Assembly (NCBI GenBank): GCA_963664875.1
Contig: OY761611.1
Span: forward strand, 2,880,001 to 2,944,000
DNA length: 64,000 bases
Source of the DNA: Candidatus Kapaibacterium sp.
GTDB taxonomy: Bacteria; Bacteroidota; Ignavibacteria; Kapaibacteriales; UBA2268
Direction of reading: 5' to 3'
A model generated the notes under the pieces. The model was not told the DNA's origin. It saw only the letters and a list, made by a program, of their open reading frames with translations, and did no database searches. Each line of letters begins with the position of its first letter. Position 1 is the first letter of the stretch. Shown here in pieces: positions 1 to 10,573 of this stretch. A program made the translations under genes and the position numbers.

Positions 1-512
1 GATTGGGCTAAATATTGAAATATCTCAACAGCCTGAAGGTGGAATTCGTTTTGCTGCAAAATAGCAGCTTTGGAAAACATAGCCTCTTCATTGCCACTAT
101 TGTACTCCAAAACCGAATTAATCATCTCCAAAGCTTCTTTATGGTTGCCAAGCGAATCAAGAACTGCAGCTTTATGAATTAGCATGTCCTGATCCATTGG
201 GTCAAAAGTGAGTGCTTTGTCCACTGCCTCCAAAGCTTTTTTATAATCGCCCAAACCGGCATGGCACATTGATTTTTTATACCATGGGTCAGAAGAAAAT
301 TGATTGTATTCCAGCAGATAACTGACAAATGACAGAGCGTCAGAATAGTCTTCCTTTGTTAGGCAGTAATCTATCATTTTGTCGAGTGTTTCAGGATCAG
401 GCAATTCCGAAGAATCGAGCTTGCGTTTACGCATGTTCTTTTTGTAGAAGCGGACTTGTTCGTCCATCTCCTCATTGAATTCATTCAATTCAAAATCATC
501 AAATCCGGTCAT
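1..512 (-). CDS. Tetratricopeptide-repeat protein (partial, runs off the left edge)
   Basis: Manual translation from ATG at 512: MTGFDDFELNEF...PWYKKSMCHAGLGDYKKALEAVDKALTFDP...KAAVLDSLGNHKEALEMIN, a TPR pattern. Confidence 0.8.
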   Translation of the reverse strand, partial: MTGFDDFELNEFNEEMDEQVRFYKKNMRKRKLDSSELPDPETLDKMIDYCLTKEDYSDALSFVSYLLEYNQFSSDPWYKKSMCHAGLGDYKKALEAVDKALTFDPMDQDMLIHKAAVLDSLGNHKEALEMINSVLEYNSGNEEAMFSKAAILQQNEFHLQAVEIFQYLAQ

Positions 513-760
513 TCCTGACACCTAACATTAAAATACGACAGCACACATAAAGCAAATTGCAAAAAGACCTGATAAGAACAACACAATTTTGTGTTAAGTT
601 ATATTAATCGACATTCCGAACACAGTTTAAAAAATATTCTAATACATAAATAGTAACATCTTAAATATTGAAAACAATTTTGACAGCGATGTGAAACGAA
701 TAGTTAAGTGTATAAATTGAGAGTTTTATCCGTGAATTTGCTTATTGCTTCTACTGTATA

Positions 761-786
761 GACACGAAAAAAAAGAATAAGTTACA
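761..786 (-). promoter_or_regulatory. Candidate ECF-sigma promoter TGTAAC-N16-TGTC upstream of the TPR gene
   Basis: Minus strand TGTAAC ttattcttttttttcg TGTCT, directly downstream of the yicC terminator. Confidence 0.5.
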
Positions 787-788
787 AC

Positions 789-821
789 AAAAAAACAGTG
801 GCTTTGATAAACCACTGTTTT
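789..821 (-). terminator. Intrinsic terminator after yicC
   Basis: Stem aaaacagtgg/ccactgtttt with an A-tract (U-tract on minus). Confidence 0.75.
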
Positions 822-846
822 AAAATAGACTTATATTATAATAATA

Positions 847-1722
847 CTACTCTATGTTCTGCACTTGCTCTCTGATTCTTTCCAATTCTTCTTTGACACC
901 AACTACAAGCTGAGAAATATTGGCATCATTGATTTTTGAACCGATAGTGTTGATTTCTCTGTGCATTTCCTGAAGCAAGAAATTGATTTTCCTTCCTGCT
1001 GATTCTTTTGATTTCATAGCATCAACAAAGAATTTGATATGAGAATTGAGTCTTACTGTTTCTTCTGAGACGTCTAATTTATCTGCGAGAACAACTATTT
1101 CCATTTGCAGGCGTTGCTCGTCTATCTCATCTGATTCGAAGAGCTGAGCAATTCTCTGACGCAATCTGTCTCTTTCTTGCGGAACTCTTTCGAGAGCCAT
1201 AGATTCGATTTTATCAACAGTAGTTTGAATGCTTTTTACTCTCATGCTCAAATCTTTTGCAATTTCTTTGCCTTCTTTTTTGCGCATTTCGTCTAAGTTT
1301 TTGAGAGCTTCTTTCAAAGCTTTTTCTACAAGCACGTACTGTTTCTCTTCGTCTTCGGAGTTGTCTTTTTGGTAGAACATATTAGAGAAATGTAGAACAT
1401 GTTCGATTTTTATAGCTTCTCTTAGTTTCAATCTCTTTCTTAGCTCAGAAAGGTCATTGAAGCAGCTTTCAGCTAAGTCGTGATTCATTACAAACTGTTT
1501 GGATGCATCTACCAATTCTATATTGACATTGACGTTGACGCTACCCCTGCTTATAATAGTTCTTACAGCTTCTCGTATTTGAAGCTCTTTGTGCTGTAGA
1601 TTGCGAGGCATTCTTGTGCTTACTTCGAGGTATCTTCCATTAAGACTTTTCACCTCGACCGTTACGGAAATGCCGTCTTCTGTAATTTCGGCTTTACTAA
1701 AGCCGGTCATGCTTTTAAACAT
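847..1722 (-). CDS. yicC: YicC/YloC family endoribonuclease
   Basis: N-terminal SMTGF and KSLNGRYLE; C-terminal GRKINFLLQEMHREINTIGSK and REQVQNIE. Confidence 0.95.
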   Translation of the reverse strand: MFKSMTGFSKAEITEDGISVTVEVKSLNGRYLEVSTRMPRNLQHKELQIREAVRTIISRGSVNVNVNIELVDASKQFVMNHDLAESCFNDLSELRKRLKLREAIKIEHVLHFSNMFYQKDNSEDEEKQYVLVEKALKEALKNLDEMRKKEGKEIAKDLSMRVKSIQTTVDKIESMALERVPQERDRLRQRIAQLFESDEIDEQRLQMEIVVLADKLDVSEETVRLNSHIKFFVDAMKSKESAGRKINFLLQEMHREINTIGSKINDANISQLVVGVKEELERIREQVQNIE

Positions 1723-1753
1723 TGCTTTTTAACCTAATAATAATACATCTATA

Positions 1754-2302
1754 TTAATCTTGGGGCAGTTGGTCGCGATATTCAGAAACATATTTCATGT
1801 AGTTATATGGTGTTTTAGACACTCTTTCGAGCTCTGTTTCTGTCAATTTACGAATAACTTTCCCGGGCACACCGGCAACTAATACTCCTTCCGGTACTTC
1901 AAATCCTTCTTTTACTACTGTACCTGCGGCAATCAAAGAGTTTGAGTTTACAACCGCACCGTCGAGAACGATAGCGCCAATGCCGATTAAACAATTATCT
2001 TTTAAAGTGCAACCGTGTAAAGAAACTGAATGAGCTATTGATACATTCTTTCCGATTTCCAAAGGGTGTTTACCATTTGTTACATGTAGCATACAGTTGT
2101 CCTGTATATTGGAGCGATCACCGATTTTAATATGGTGAACGTCGCCACGAATAACTGTGTTGTACCAAACAGAAACATCTTCGCCAATCTCTACATCACC
2201 TATAATTCTCACTCCTTCACAAAGGAAAGCACTATCGTGAATTTTAGGGAACATACCTTTATAGCCAATCAAGCTTGCATTTTTTCCGGTTTCTAATTTC
2301 AT
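1754..2302 (-). CDS. Gamma carbonic anhydrase family (left-handed beta-helix) protein
   Basis: IIGDVEIG, VWYNTVIRGD, NIQDNCMLH, HSVSLHGC hexapeptide and metal-ligand motifs. Confidence 0.92.
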   Translation of the reverse strand: MKLETGKNASLIGYKGMFPKIHDSAFLCEGVRIIGDVEIGEDVSVWYNTVIRGDVHHIKIGDRSNIQDNCMLHVTNGKHPLEIGKNVSIAHSVSLHGCTLKDNCLIGIGAIVLDGAVVNSNSLIAAGTVVKEGFEVPEGVLVAGVPGKVIRKLTETELERVSKTPYNYMKYVSEYRDQLPQD

Positions 2303-2330
2303 ATCTCTATCTTTCTGATGTTTTGTGTAA

Positions 2331-3578
2331 CTAATCTAAAATTTTATTGAGTTGTGTGTCTTCTGTCCTAATAATACAAAGACTATCTGCTCCTGCAAAA
2401 ATTATATTGCCATGCTCACTTACTGTTGGTTGCAAATTAAGAATAGGTGCATTGGAGAGGGAAAGTACTTTATAAAGATTTCCTTTATCTTTTTGCAGGA
2501 AAAATACTCCAATGGCATCCGGATTAGTGCCAACCAAGGCTATTTCATAGTTTGCTACCATAGGCGGCATTGGTACAGAGATATTTAAGTATTGCTTCCA
2601 TTTCTGATTGCCGGTCGAATCGTAGCAGTACACTCCTGTTTTTGCTCTACCCATGCCTGAATTGTAAGCAGTAACGTAAACATTTCCTTCTTTGTCTGTA
2701 GCTATATTGCGGAGCATAGCGGGAAGCATTTGTTCCCATTTCTTATTTCCAAGTGTATCGAAAGCAATTAGGTAGGAATCTCTACCTTTGCCGTTTTCTT
2801 TTAGTCCGCCCACAAAAATGGTGTTGTTGCCAAATGCCGGTTTTTGAATAAGTCTTGTATTTGCTACCATTTTTTGCCAAACTATCTTTCCGCTTTTATC
2901 TAAGAGAAGCAAACTATCGCTTTTTCCAAACTCGTTATTTGACAGACCTAAGATTGCATTTTCGCTGTTAGTTTCGGGTACTATCTCCAAAGGCTTCAAT
3001 CTTGTGTTGTAGCGCCAGATTTCTTTACCGTCAAAACCGAATTTGATAAATTCTCCTGTGCTTGCTGCAAGCAAAATACCAGATCTGCCTGCGATTAAAT
3101 CAGTAAATGAGTAGTATCTTGTTTTGTTACGGATTATCTGCTTTTTCCAGCGTAGTTTGCCTTTGTAATCTAAAGAATAAAGACAATCGTCTGATGCGAT
3201 AAAATAAATATTTTTATCCAAGTCAGCAGCAAATGTGCCTACCGGAAAAATGCCTTCATCCAATTTGTAATTCCAAAGTGCAGAAATATAGGTCATCAAA
3301 AATATATTTCCGGACTTATCTGCAAACACTGTCTCATTTTCTGAAATGGATAATGGTGGTATCACTGCACCTCGTGCATTGATTACAACAGAATCCTGCT
3401 TCTGAATATTAACATCTGCGTAGGAAACTTTGTGGTACTCTTTGAAGAATTTTTCGTATCGCTGATAATTATTATTGCCGTTTGGACCTCCATATTGGCT
3501 GTAAGGCAGCATCTCCTTTTCTTCGGAGCACGCAGACAATCCTACGACGATGCAAATCAGTGTTAGAAATTTCTTCAT
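2331..3578 (-). CDS. Lipoprotein with PQQ-like beta-propeller repeats
   Basis: Lipobox LSAC; repeated D-x-x-G-x-x-x-W motifs. Confidence 0.75.
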   Translation of the reverse strand: MKKFLTLICIVVGLSACSEEKEMLPYSQYGGPNGNNNYQRYEKFFKEYHKVSYADVNIQKQDSVVINARGAVIPPLSISENETVFADKSGNIFLMTYISALWNYKLDEGIFPVGTFAADLDKNIYFIASDDCLYSLDYKGKLRWKKQIIRNKTRYYSFTDLIAGRSGILLAASTGEFIKFGFDGKEIWRYNTRLKPLEIVPETNSENAILGLSNNEFGKSDSLLLLDKSGKIVWQKMVANTRLIQKPAFGNNTIFVGGLKENGKGRDSYLIAFDTLGNKKWEQMLPAMLRNIATDKEGNVYVTAYNSGMGRAKTGVYCYDSTGNQKWKQYLNISVPMPPMVANYEIALVGTNPDAIGVFFLQKDKGNLYKVLSLSNAPILNLQPTVSEHGNIIFAGADSLCIIRTEDTQLNKILD

Positions 3579-3579
3579 A

Positions 3580-4623
3580 TTACTTTACATCCCTTACAAT
3601 TCTGATACCGCAAAGCATTTTTTCAAGATTTTTAGTTCTGAAAGCAGAGCGACATTCGGTATTGCCTGATTGATAATTGCCGCCTCGGACGACTCTTTCG
3701 CTTCCCTCTGTTGCTCCCTGCGGGTCTTCATTAGGGGAAGAAGAGTAGTAGTCAGGAGCATATAAGTCAAAACACCATTCGCTTACATTTCCGTGCATAT
3801 CAAAAATGCCAAAATCATTTGCTGTTTTTTTGCCAATCGGCTGCAGTTGCATACCGGAATTAGCAGAATACCATCCCATATCTTCTAATCTTCCGTTTCC
3901 GGAAAAATCATTTGATTTGCCTGCTCGGCACAGGAATTCCCATTCTGCTTCAGTTGGCAGTCTCCAGCCATTAGCAGTATCTATTACGGTTACTACTTCA
4001 CCTTCAATCAGATATGCAGGGGAGTAATCCATTTTCTCAGAAAGGAGATTGCAAAAAATTACAGCATCTAACCAGCTAACATTATGTACCGGATAATCAG
4101 AAGCTAACATTTGCGAAGGATTTTCACCTGTGATTAGCTTGTAGAATCTCTGTGTTATTTCGTATTTGGCTACTTCGAGAGTTTTTGTGATAGTTACCTG
4201 ATGGATTGGTCTTTCATCTTCGTTTCCTGTAACCGACCCCATTGGGTATGTATTTCCGGATACTACAACAAGTGGCAAATCAGGAATCGCAGAAATCTTA
4301 ATTGGCAGAAGATTGGAATGCTCTCCGCTTTTGTCTATATAAATATCTGTAGAAAATGCTTGAGTTGGTACTTCAAACATAATTTTGTTACTAGACCAAA
4401 AAATACATCTGTCTGAAGTCATGGCAAAAGTTGAGTCGAAATTTACTGAAGAATTAGTGCCATTGCCGAGATTATTTCCCCAGATAGTGATAGTGTCACC
4501 AATATAAGTATCTGAATTTTCAATATTTCTAATTTCAAATATTCCTTGTTCGACAACGATATCTTCATTGCTGCAAGCACTCATAAGCCATGCGAGGCAG
4601 AACAAAACTGCTATATATTTCAT
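3580..4623 (-). CDS. Lipoprotein with IPT/TIG-like domain and FGE/SUMF1 domain
   Basis: Lipobox MSAC; GDTITIWGNNLG; PVHNVSWLDA, RLPTEAEWE, DMHGNVSEW, RVVRGG. Confidence 0.88.
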   Translation of the reverse strand: MKYIAVLFCLAWLMSACSNEDIVVEQGIFEIRNIENSDTYIGDTITIWGNNLGNGTNSSVNFDSTFAMTSDRCIFWSSNKIMFEVPTQAFSTDIYIDKSGEHSNLLPIKISAIPDLPLVVVSGNTYPMGSVTGNEDERPIHQVTITKTLEVAKYEITQRFYKLITGENPSQMLASDYPVHNVSWLDAVIFCNLLSEKMDYSPAYLIEGEVVTVIDTANGWRLPTEAEWEFLCRAGKSNDFSGNGRLEDMGWYSANSGMQLQPIGKKTANDFGIFDMHGNVSEWCFDLYAPDYYSSSPNEDPQGATEGSERVVRGGNYQSGNTECRSAFRTKNLEKMLCGIRIVRDVK

Positions 4624-4942
4624 ATCTAAAAACTTAATTCTTAATTATACCTTTTCGTAGATAGTAAATATAAAAAAAATTTGCGTATTAAAGTTATATA
4701 GTTTGTTGCGAATCGTTGCTTAGCTATTTGATTGTCGCCAAATACGAGAAGGAGACTTGCTCATAATGTACGAGAAACCTTTATTGTTTGATCAATATTG
4801 CTTTTAGGCGAAAATCCTTTGTAGAAAATCAGGTTTTACACAAAAGAATTATAATATTTATAATTTATTGCTTGCTTAGCTAAATAGAAATTTACTAAAT
4901 TGTCGGCAAATACTTTATGTACCATTTTATTTGAATAGGTTT

Positions 4943-6721
4943 ATGGCAGGGAAAACTTTTGTTGAAAAGGTATTAAAAGCTCCCGTGGGAGCTATTGTTT
5001 TTGAAAAACCCGATATAGTCTTAACTCATGACAATACTGCATCGATTGCGTCAACTTTTAAAAAAATGGGCGGAGAAAAAGTTATAGATGCTAATCAGCT
5101 ACTTGTTGTTTTAGACCACAATGCACCACCGACCAATGCAAAACTTGCTACTCAATATCAGGATATTAGAAATACTGTAAATGAGCAAGGTATTTCCAAA
5201 TTCCATGATGCCGGCGATGGGATCTGTCATCAGCTGATGGCAAACTATGCGAAACCGGGTATGATTATAGTCGGAAGCGACAGCCACACCTGCACAGCCG
5301 GTGCATTTAATGCTTTAGCTGCAGGCATAGACCGCACGGAAGCAGCAGGTCTTTGGAAGCGAGGTGAGACTTGGTTCCGTGTACCGGAATCAATCAAAAT
5401 TACTTTAACAGGTAAGCTACGTGAAGGAGTGCATGCAAAAGACCTATCCTTATATATCATTGGCAAAATTAGCTCTGCCGGAGCTAACTATATGTCTATC
5501 GAATACCATGGCGAGGGAGTAGCTACTCTCTCTATCTCTGATAGGATGACTATTGCAAATCTTGCAAGCGAAATGGGGGCAAAAAATGCAGTATTCCCTT
5601 CAGATAAAGTGCTCCACGAGTATCTTGGTGCCGATATAGAAGGCGTGTGGGCTGATGATGATGCTAAATATGCTTTTGAAATGCTGATAGATTTGAATGA
5701 GATAATTCCACTAATTGCTGCTCCGCATCATGTAGATAATGTGAAATCGCTCAAAGAACTCGAAGGCACTGATATAGATCAGGGGCTCATAGGCACGTGT
5801 ACCAATGGAAGAATTGAAGATTTGCGAATAGCTGCAGAAGTGCTTAAGGGCAAAAAAGTAAAACCGGGATTCCAGTTGCTGGTAGTTCCTGCTTCAAAGG
5901 AAATATATCTTCAGGCAATAAAAGAGGGGATACTTACTACTTTACTCGAAGCAGGTGCAAATGTCTTGAGTTCTTCTTGCGGACCTTGCCTTGGTACAGG
6001 TCAGGGTATTCCTGCAGATGGATATAAGGTAGTCTCCACTGCCAATAGAAACTTCCTTGGTAGAATGGGAAATAAAAATTCTGAGGTTTATCTCGCTTCG
6101 CCGGAAGTAGTAGCATATACTGCAATCAGTGGAAAACTTGGACATCCGAATTTAGAAAGTCTGACAGGCAAATTCGAGATTGCTGAAAAATCTGAAGGAA
6201 GTACGATTTTAATTGATGCTAAGGATATCCGCAAACAAAATGGTGTTTGGGATTACTCAGATGTTGATAATTTGAATACAGATCAGATGTTTGCCGGCAA
6301 TTTAACTTATAACATACTCAGCTCTGACGCTGAAGCGATAATGCCACACCTGTTCGCAGGATTTGATGAGAATTTCACAAAATTAGTAGCAGAGGGAGAT
6401 ATTATAGTTGCAGGTGATAATTTTGGTTGCGGAAGTTCGAGAGAGCATCCTGCAGTAGGCTTGGCTCATGCAGGAGTCAAAGCCGTGATAGCCAAATCTG
6501 TCAATAGAATCTTTTATCGTTCCTCTGTAAATCAGGGTTTACCTATTATTATCCTGCCCGAATTTGTTGATAATTACAAAGCAGGGGACTCTATCCAGCT
6601 GGATATGTCAGCCGGAATTTTAAACTTAAATGGAAATACCTTTTCTTTTGCTCCACTTCCTGAAGAGTTAGTAAAAATATTTGAATGTAAAGGGTTGGTA
6701 AATTATCTAAAATCAATATAG
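4943..6721 (+). CDS. Fused large+small subunit 3-isopropylmalate dehydratase / homoaconitase-family enzyme
   Basis: DSHT, GTCTNGR and SCGPCLG (4Fe-4S ligands), STANRNF, then swivel domain NTDQ and NFGCGSSREH in one ORF; ATG at 4943 preferred over TTG at 4931. Confidence 0.88.
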   Translation: MAGKTFVEKVLKAPVGAIVFEKPDIVLTHDNTASIASTFKKMGGEKVIDANQLLVVLDHNAPPTNAKLATQYQDIRNTVNEQGISKFHDAGDGICHQLMANYAKPGMIIVGSDSHTCTAGAFNALAAGIDRTEAAGLWKRGETWFRVPESIKITLTGKLREGVHAKDLSLYIIGKISSAGANYMSIEYHGEGVATLSISDRMTIANLASEMGAKNAVFPSDKVLHEYLGADIEGVWADDDAKYAFEMLIDLNEIIPLIAAPHHVDNVKSLKELEGTDIDQGLIGTCTNGRIEDLRIAAEVLKGKKVKPGFQLLVVPASKEIYLQAIKEGILTTLLEAGANVLSSSCGPCLGTGQGIPADGYKVVSTANRNFLGRMGNKNSEVYLASPEVVAYTAISGKLGHPNLESLTGKFEIAEKSEGSTILIDAKDIRKQNGVWDYSDVDNLNTDQMFAGNLTYNILSSDAEAIMPHLFAGFDENFTKLVAEGDIIVAGDNFGCGSSREHPAVGLAHAGVKAVIAKSVNRIFYRSSVNQGLPIIILPEFVDNYKAGDSIQLDMSAGILNLNGNTFSFAPLPEELVKIFECKGLVNYLKSI

Positions 6722-6747
6722 ATTTTCTGATAATATAATATATTAAC

Positions 6748-6774
6748 AAGCTCGATTTTTTATCGAGCTTTTTT
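6748..6774 (+). terminator. Intrinsic terminator
   Basis: aagctcgat/atcgagctt stem followed by a T-tract. Confidence 0.8.
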
Positions 6775-6977
6775 GTTGTAATCAGTATAATGTATCATAA
6801 GAAATGTCTCGAAATTACGTAAATACACGCAACTTTATCGTGTTGCTAATGAAAAGTGAAGTTGGAATCTTTAACAATATTGTGTTAAATGTTGATAATT
6901 TTATTGTATATTGTTCGGATTGTAACTAAATTGTATTTGTGCGTAGAAAAGAGAATTTTATTTAGCCGGAGTGTAGA

Positions 6978-9900
6978 ATGTGTGCAAAAACACATCCAAC
7001 AACTAGTATTTTAATAAGTTATGATAAACTCCTTGGTAAATTTGTAGATAAGTACAATTTACCGATTTGTCTTTATGATAATAGTGCAGATGATTATCTT
7101 TGGGTAGCCCAAAACGATAAATTATCAAAAGAGTATGATAATTATTTTAATCATGTTAAAAATAACATTAAAGAGATTGTTGAGAGCGAATCCTCGCTAT
7201 TTTCATCAGGCAAACATTCTATACTACGTTATAAAACTTCGGACAACAGATTCCTAATCATTTCTGCTCCATTTTATGCGGATAATCAGATACAGATAGA
7301 TACTCCTATTGGTATTATCGAAAAAATGCCGTCATTGGAAGCTATCTCGATGGAACAGCAGGATATAGATTATATAAGTGAGAAATTTAGTTTCTTTGCA
7401 GAACTCTTAGAAGAAAATATACGACTCCGCGAAGAACTATACATAAAAAGCACACCAAAAACTGATTGGGAGCAATACGAAAATCTCCCTTTTCCTATAA
7501 TAGAAATAGATGCAACCGGCAGATTCCTAAATGCGAATCCGGTTTTCGCTCAGGATACACAACTGCCAATTAAGAATATTTTGGGTAAAAATATATCTGA
7601 TATTTTATCTCTCGAAGGTAAAAAATCGTTTGAGTTAGCTATGCCTTCAATAGCTTCTCTCGAAGCAAGAGTTATTGACTTAGAGATTCAGCTCAATACT
7701 AAAATAGTTTATTTTCGTTGCGGTTTACTAAGTCACAAAAATAACTCTTATACTTTAGGCCTAATGGACATTAGCTCTCAGCTAAAAAAAGACATAGCTC
7801 AAATCAATACCAAAAATAGAATGGAAGTGATTCTTAATTCTATTGGTGATGGAGTAATAGCCACAGATACAAAGGGTAAAATCACCGGAATGAACTCTGT
7901 AGCTGAGTATATGACCGGCTACAAAGAAGAAGAAGCTATTGGTATGGAACTTGAGCAGGTATTTAAAATTTTTAGTGCAATCTCAAAAAAACCGGTAGAT
8001 AACCCTGTCAGAAAAGTACTTGAAAATGGACAGATTGTTGGTCTTGCAAATCATACAGAGCTTATAGCAAAAGACGGTAGAGTATTTCAGATTGCTGATT
8101 CTGCAGCACCTATTAAGTTCGAAAATGATATATATGGCGTTGTCTTAGTTTTCAGTGATGTTACCGAAAACTATGCTATGCTGAAATCGCTCGAAGAAAG
8201 TGAAGTCTTTTACCGGACTCTGTTTGATAGTGCTAACGACGCAATCATTATATCCGACGAATCCGGAAAGATTGTAGATGTTAATGTCAAATCTGTTTCT
8301 ATGTTTACAAAATCCAAATCAGAATTTTTGCAGCTCAGACTTACTGATTTGTTTGATATTGATTTAGAAAAATTGCATTTAGATGGCTATGATGGAACTG
8401 TTGTCAAGGTAGAAAAAGAGTATCACAGTACACTAACCCATCAGTTGTCATTAGAATTGTCGATTTCTGCTTTTAATGTCAAAGGAGCCAAGAAATATTT
8501 GGCTGTTATCAAAGATATCAGCGACAAAAAGGAAGACGAACAAATGATTATCCGTCAAAAAGAAATGATGGAACTTATCATTGATTCGATACCTCAGTAT
8601 ATCTTTTGGAAAAATAACAATTCGGTTTATACCGGTTGCAATGCAAACTTTGCTGAATTAGCAGGCCTAAAAGACGTTAATGATATTATTGGTAGGACGG
8701 ACTACGAACTTCCTTGGCAAATGGATGAGGTTGTTTCCTTCAGAGACTATGACAAACAAGTGCTCGAACAGAAAAAAGTCATTAGCAGCATAATAAATAG
8801 ACTGACAAAAGCGGACGGCAGCCAAATAATTACTGAAACTACCAAAATCCCATTGACAAACGAAGATGGCAAAGTTATCGGTATTTTGGGAATGCTTTCT
8901 GACATAACCGAAAAACATAGATACGAAGCTACAATCAAAGAGTCTCAAGAGAAATTTAAGACAATTTTCGAACAAAGCCCTTACGGCATTTGTCATTTTG
9001 ACACTACGGGAACTATTACAGATCTAAATGGTTCGCTTATAGCTATGTTGAATCTGTCCAAAGATGAAATATTAGGTTATAATATAATCGATGATTTGAA
9101 AAACAATCAGTACGTCAGCAAACAGGCAAAAGCTGCTTTGGATAATGGAATAAGCTTTTTCAATGGCGAATTTAAAATAGTAACAGAACATCAAAACAGA
9201 CAAATCTGGGTAAAAGCTATCTTCAAGCGTCTTGGTTGTAAAGATGATGCTGCCGGCGGTATTGCTATAATAGAAGACTTCACTGACAAATACATAGCTG
9301 AAACAAAATTACGTAAAACAGAAGCTCTCCTTAGCTCTGCAATCGAATATATGGCTTCAGGTGTTGTTATCACCGATTCCAAAGGTGAATTTATCAGAGT
9401 AAATCGTGGTGCTTGTGAAATTTTGGGAGACACAGAAGATAATCTTTTGGGCAAATCTCCTTCAAATCCTTCTAAAAACTGGTGGATTTATACCCTTGAG
9501 GATAAACCATTTAATTTAGAAGAATTTCCACTTACACGGGCTATAAGAAATGGTGAAAAAACAAGAAACTTAGAGCTTTACGTTAAACGCCGCGATGGTG
9601 TGAAAAGATGGATTTTACTAAATGCTTCTCCTGTTTGGGACAGCACAGGTGCTATTATAAGTGCTGTGGTAATCTTTCAGGATATTACTGCTCGGAAACA
9701 TGCAGAAGGTCAGATACTCAAGCTCAATGAAAAGCTTGAAGATATGGTCGAATCAAGAACAGAGCAGCTCAAAGATGCTTTGGAAGAATTGCGTTACGAA
9801 GTGGACGAACGCAAACGTGCAGAAATAGAACTTTACAAAACTCAGGAAGAGCTTAGGATCTCCTACGAAGCCGAAAAAGAGCTTAACGAGTTGAAAACAA

Positions 9901-10562
9901 GATTTATCTCTATGGTTTCCCATGAGTATCGCACTCCTCTGACTGTAATCCTATCTTCAACTTATATTTTGGATCAGTTCTACCAGATGCAGGATTATCG
10001 GGGATTTTCAAAGCAGATAGATCATATTCAGAGTGCTGTGAAATCAATGACAGAAATGCTGGAAGATGTCCTTGTAATTGGCAGACAGGAATCGGGCAGA
10101 GTAGAAATTTTTAGCGAGAAATACGATATAGTTGACCTTTGCCTCGAGATTAAAGATCAAATGGAAGCACTTTTCAAAGGTGAGCACGATATTGTTATCG
10201 ACTCGTCATCGCCGAAGGTTTATGTTAGAACAGACAGCAAAATTTTGTTGCATATACTAAACAATCTGGCTTCTAATGCCTGCAAATATTCTCCAAAGGC
10301 AGAAAGCGTTAGAATAAAAATTCGTGAATCCGAAGAAGAAATCTCAGTAGCAATAATTGATAAAGGCATAGGCATACCTGAGAAAGAGCAGAAATCAGTC
10401 TTCGAACCATTTTTCAGAAGCCATAATATAGGTACAATCCCGGGCACCGGCTTGGGGCTTGCCATCGTAAAACGATTTGTGGATATGCTTGATGCGAGAC
10501 TTACTTTGCAAAGTAAAGAGCACGAAGGTTCAACTTTTACTTTGTTCCTCAAGAAAAATTAA
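6978..10562 (+). CDS. Cytoplasmic multi-PAS sensor histidine kinase (no adjacent response regulator)
   Basis: Several PAS/PAC repeats; H-box SHEYRTPL; N-box NLASNACKYS; G-boxes DKGIGI and GTGLGL; no obvious TM helices. Confidence 0.93.
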   Translation: MCAKTHPTTSILISYDKLLGKFVDKYNLPICLYDNSADDYLWVAQNDKLSKEYDNYFNHVKNNIKEIVESESSLFSSGKHSILRYKTSDNRFLIISAPFYADNQIQIDTPIGIIEKMPSLEAISMEQQDIDYISEKFSFFAELLEENIRLREELYIKSTPKTDWEQYENLPFPIIEIDATGRFLNANPVFAQDTQLPIKNILGKNISDILSLEGKKSFELAMPSIASLEARVIDLEIQLNTKIVYFRCGLLSHKNNSYTLGLMDISSQLKKDIAQINTKNRMEVILNSIGDGVIATDTKGKITGMNSVAEYMTGYKEEEAIGMELEQVFKIFSAISKKPVDNPVRKVLENGQIVGLANHTELIAKDGRVFQIADSAAPIKFENDIYGVVLVFSDVTENYAMLKSLEESEVFYRTLFDSANDAIIISDESGKIVDVNVKSVSMFTKSKSEFLQLRLTDLFDIDLEKLHLDGYDGTVVKVEKEYHSTLTHQLSLELSISAFNVKGAKKYLAVIKDISDKKEDEQMIIRQKEMMELIIDSIPQYIFWKNNNSVYTGCNANFAELAGLKDVNDIIGRTDYELPWQMDEVVSFRDYDKQVLEQKKVISSIINRLTKADGSQIITETTKIPLTNEDGKVIGILGMLSDITEKHRYEATIKESQEKFKTIFEQSPYGICHFDTTGTITDLNGSLIAMLNLSKDEILGYNIIDDLKNNQYVSKQAKAALDNGISFFNGEFKIVTEHQNRQIWVKAIFKRLGCKDDAAGGIAIIEDFTDKYIAETKLRKTEALLSSAIEYMASGVVITDSKGEFIRVNRGACEILGDTEDNLLGKSPSNPSKNWWIYTLEDKPFNLEEFPLTRAIRNGEKTRNLELYVKRRDGVKRWILLNASPVWDSTGAIISAVVIFQDITARKHAEGQILKLNEKLEDMVESRTEQLKDALEELRYEVDERKRAEIELYKTQEELRISYEAEKELNELKTRFISMVSHEYRTPLTVILSSTYILDQFYQMQDYRGFSKQIDHIQSAVKSMTEMLEDVLVIGRQESGRVEIFSEKYDIVDLCLEIKDQMEALFKGEHDIVIDSSSPKVYVRTDSKILLHILNNLASNACKYSPKAESVRIKIRESEEEISVAIIDKGIGIPEKEQKSVFEPFFRSHNIGTIPGTGLGLAIVKRFVDMLDARLTLQSKEHEGSTFTLFLKKN

Positions 10563-10573
10563 AAATTGCGAAA

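Noticed and set aside
3580-4623. FGE/CLec-fold lipoprotein as a diversity-generating retroelement target
   Set aside because: No reverse transcriptase in the window, and I saw no template repeat differing at adenines.
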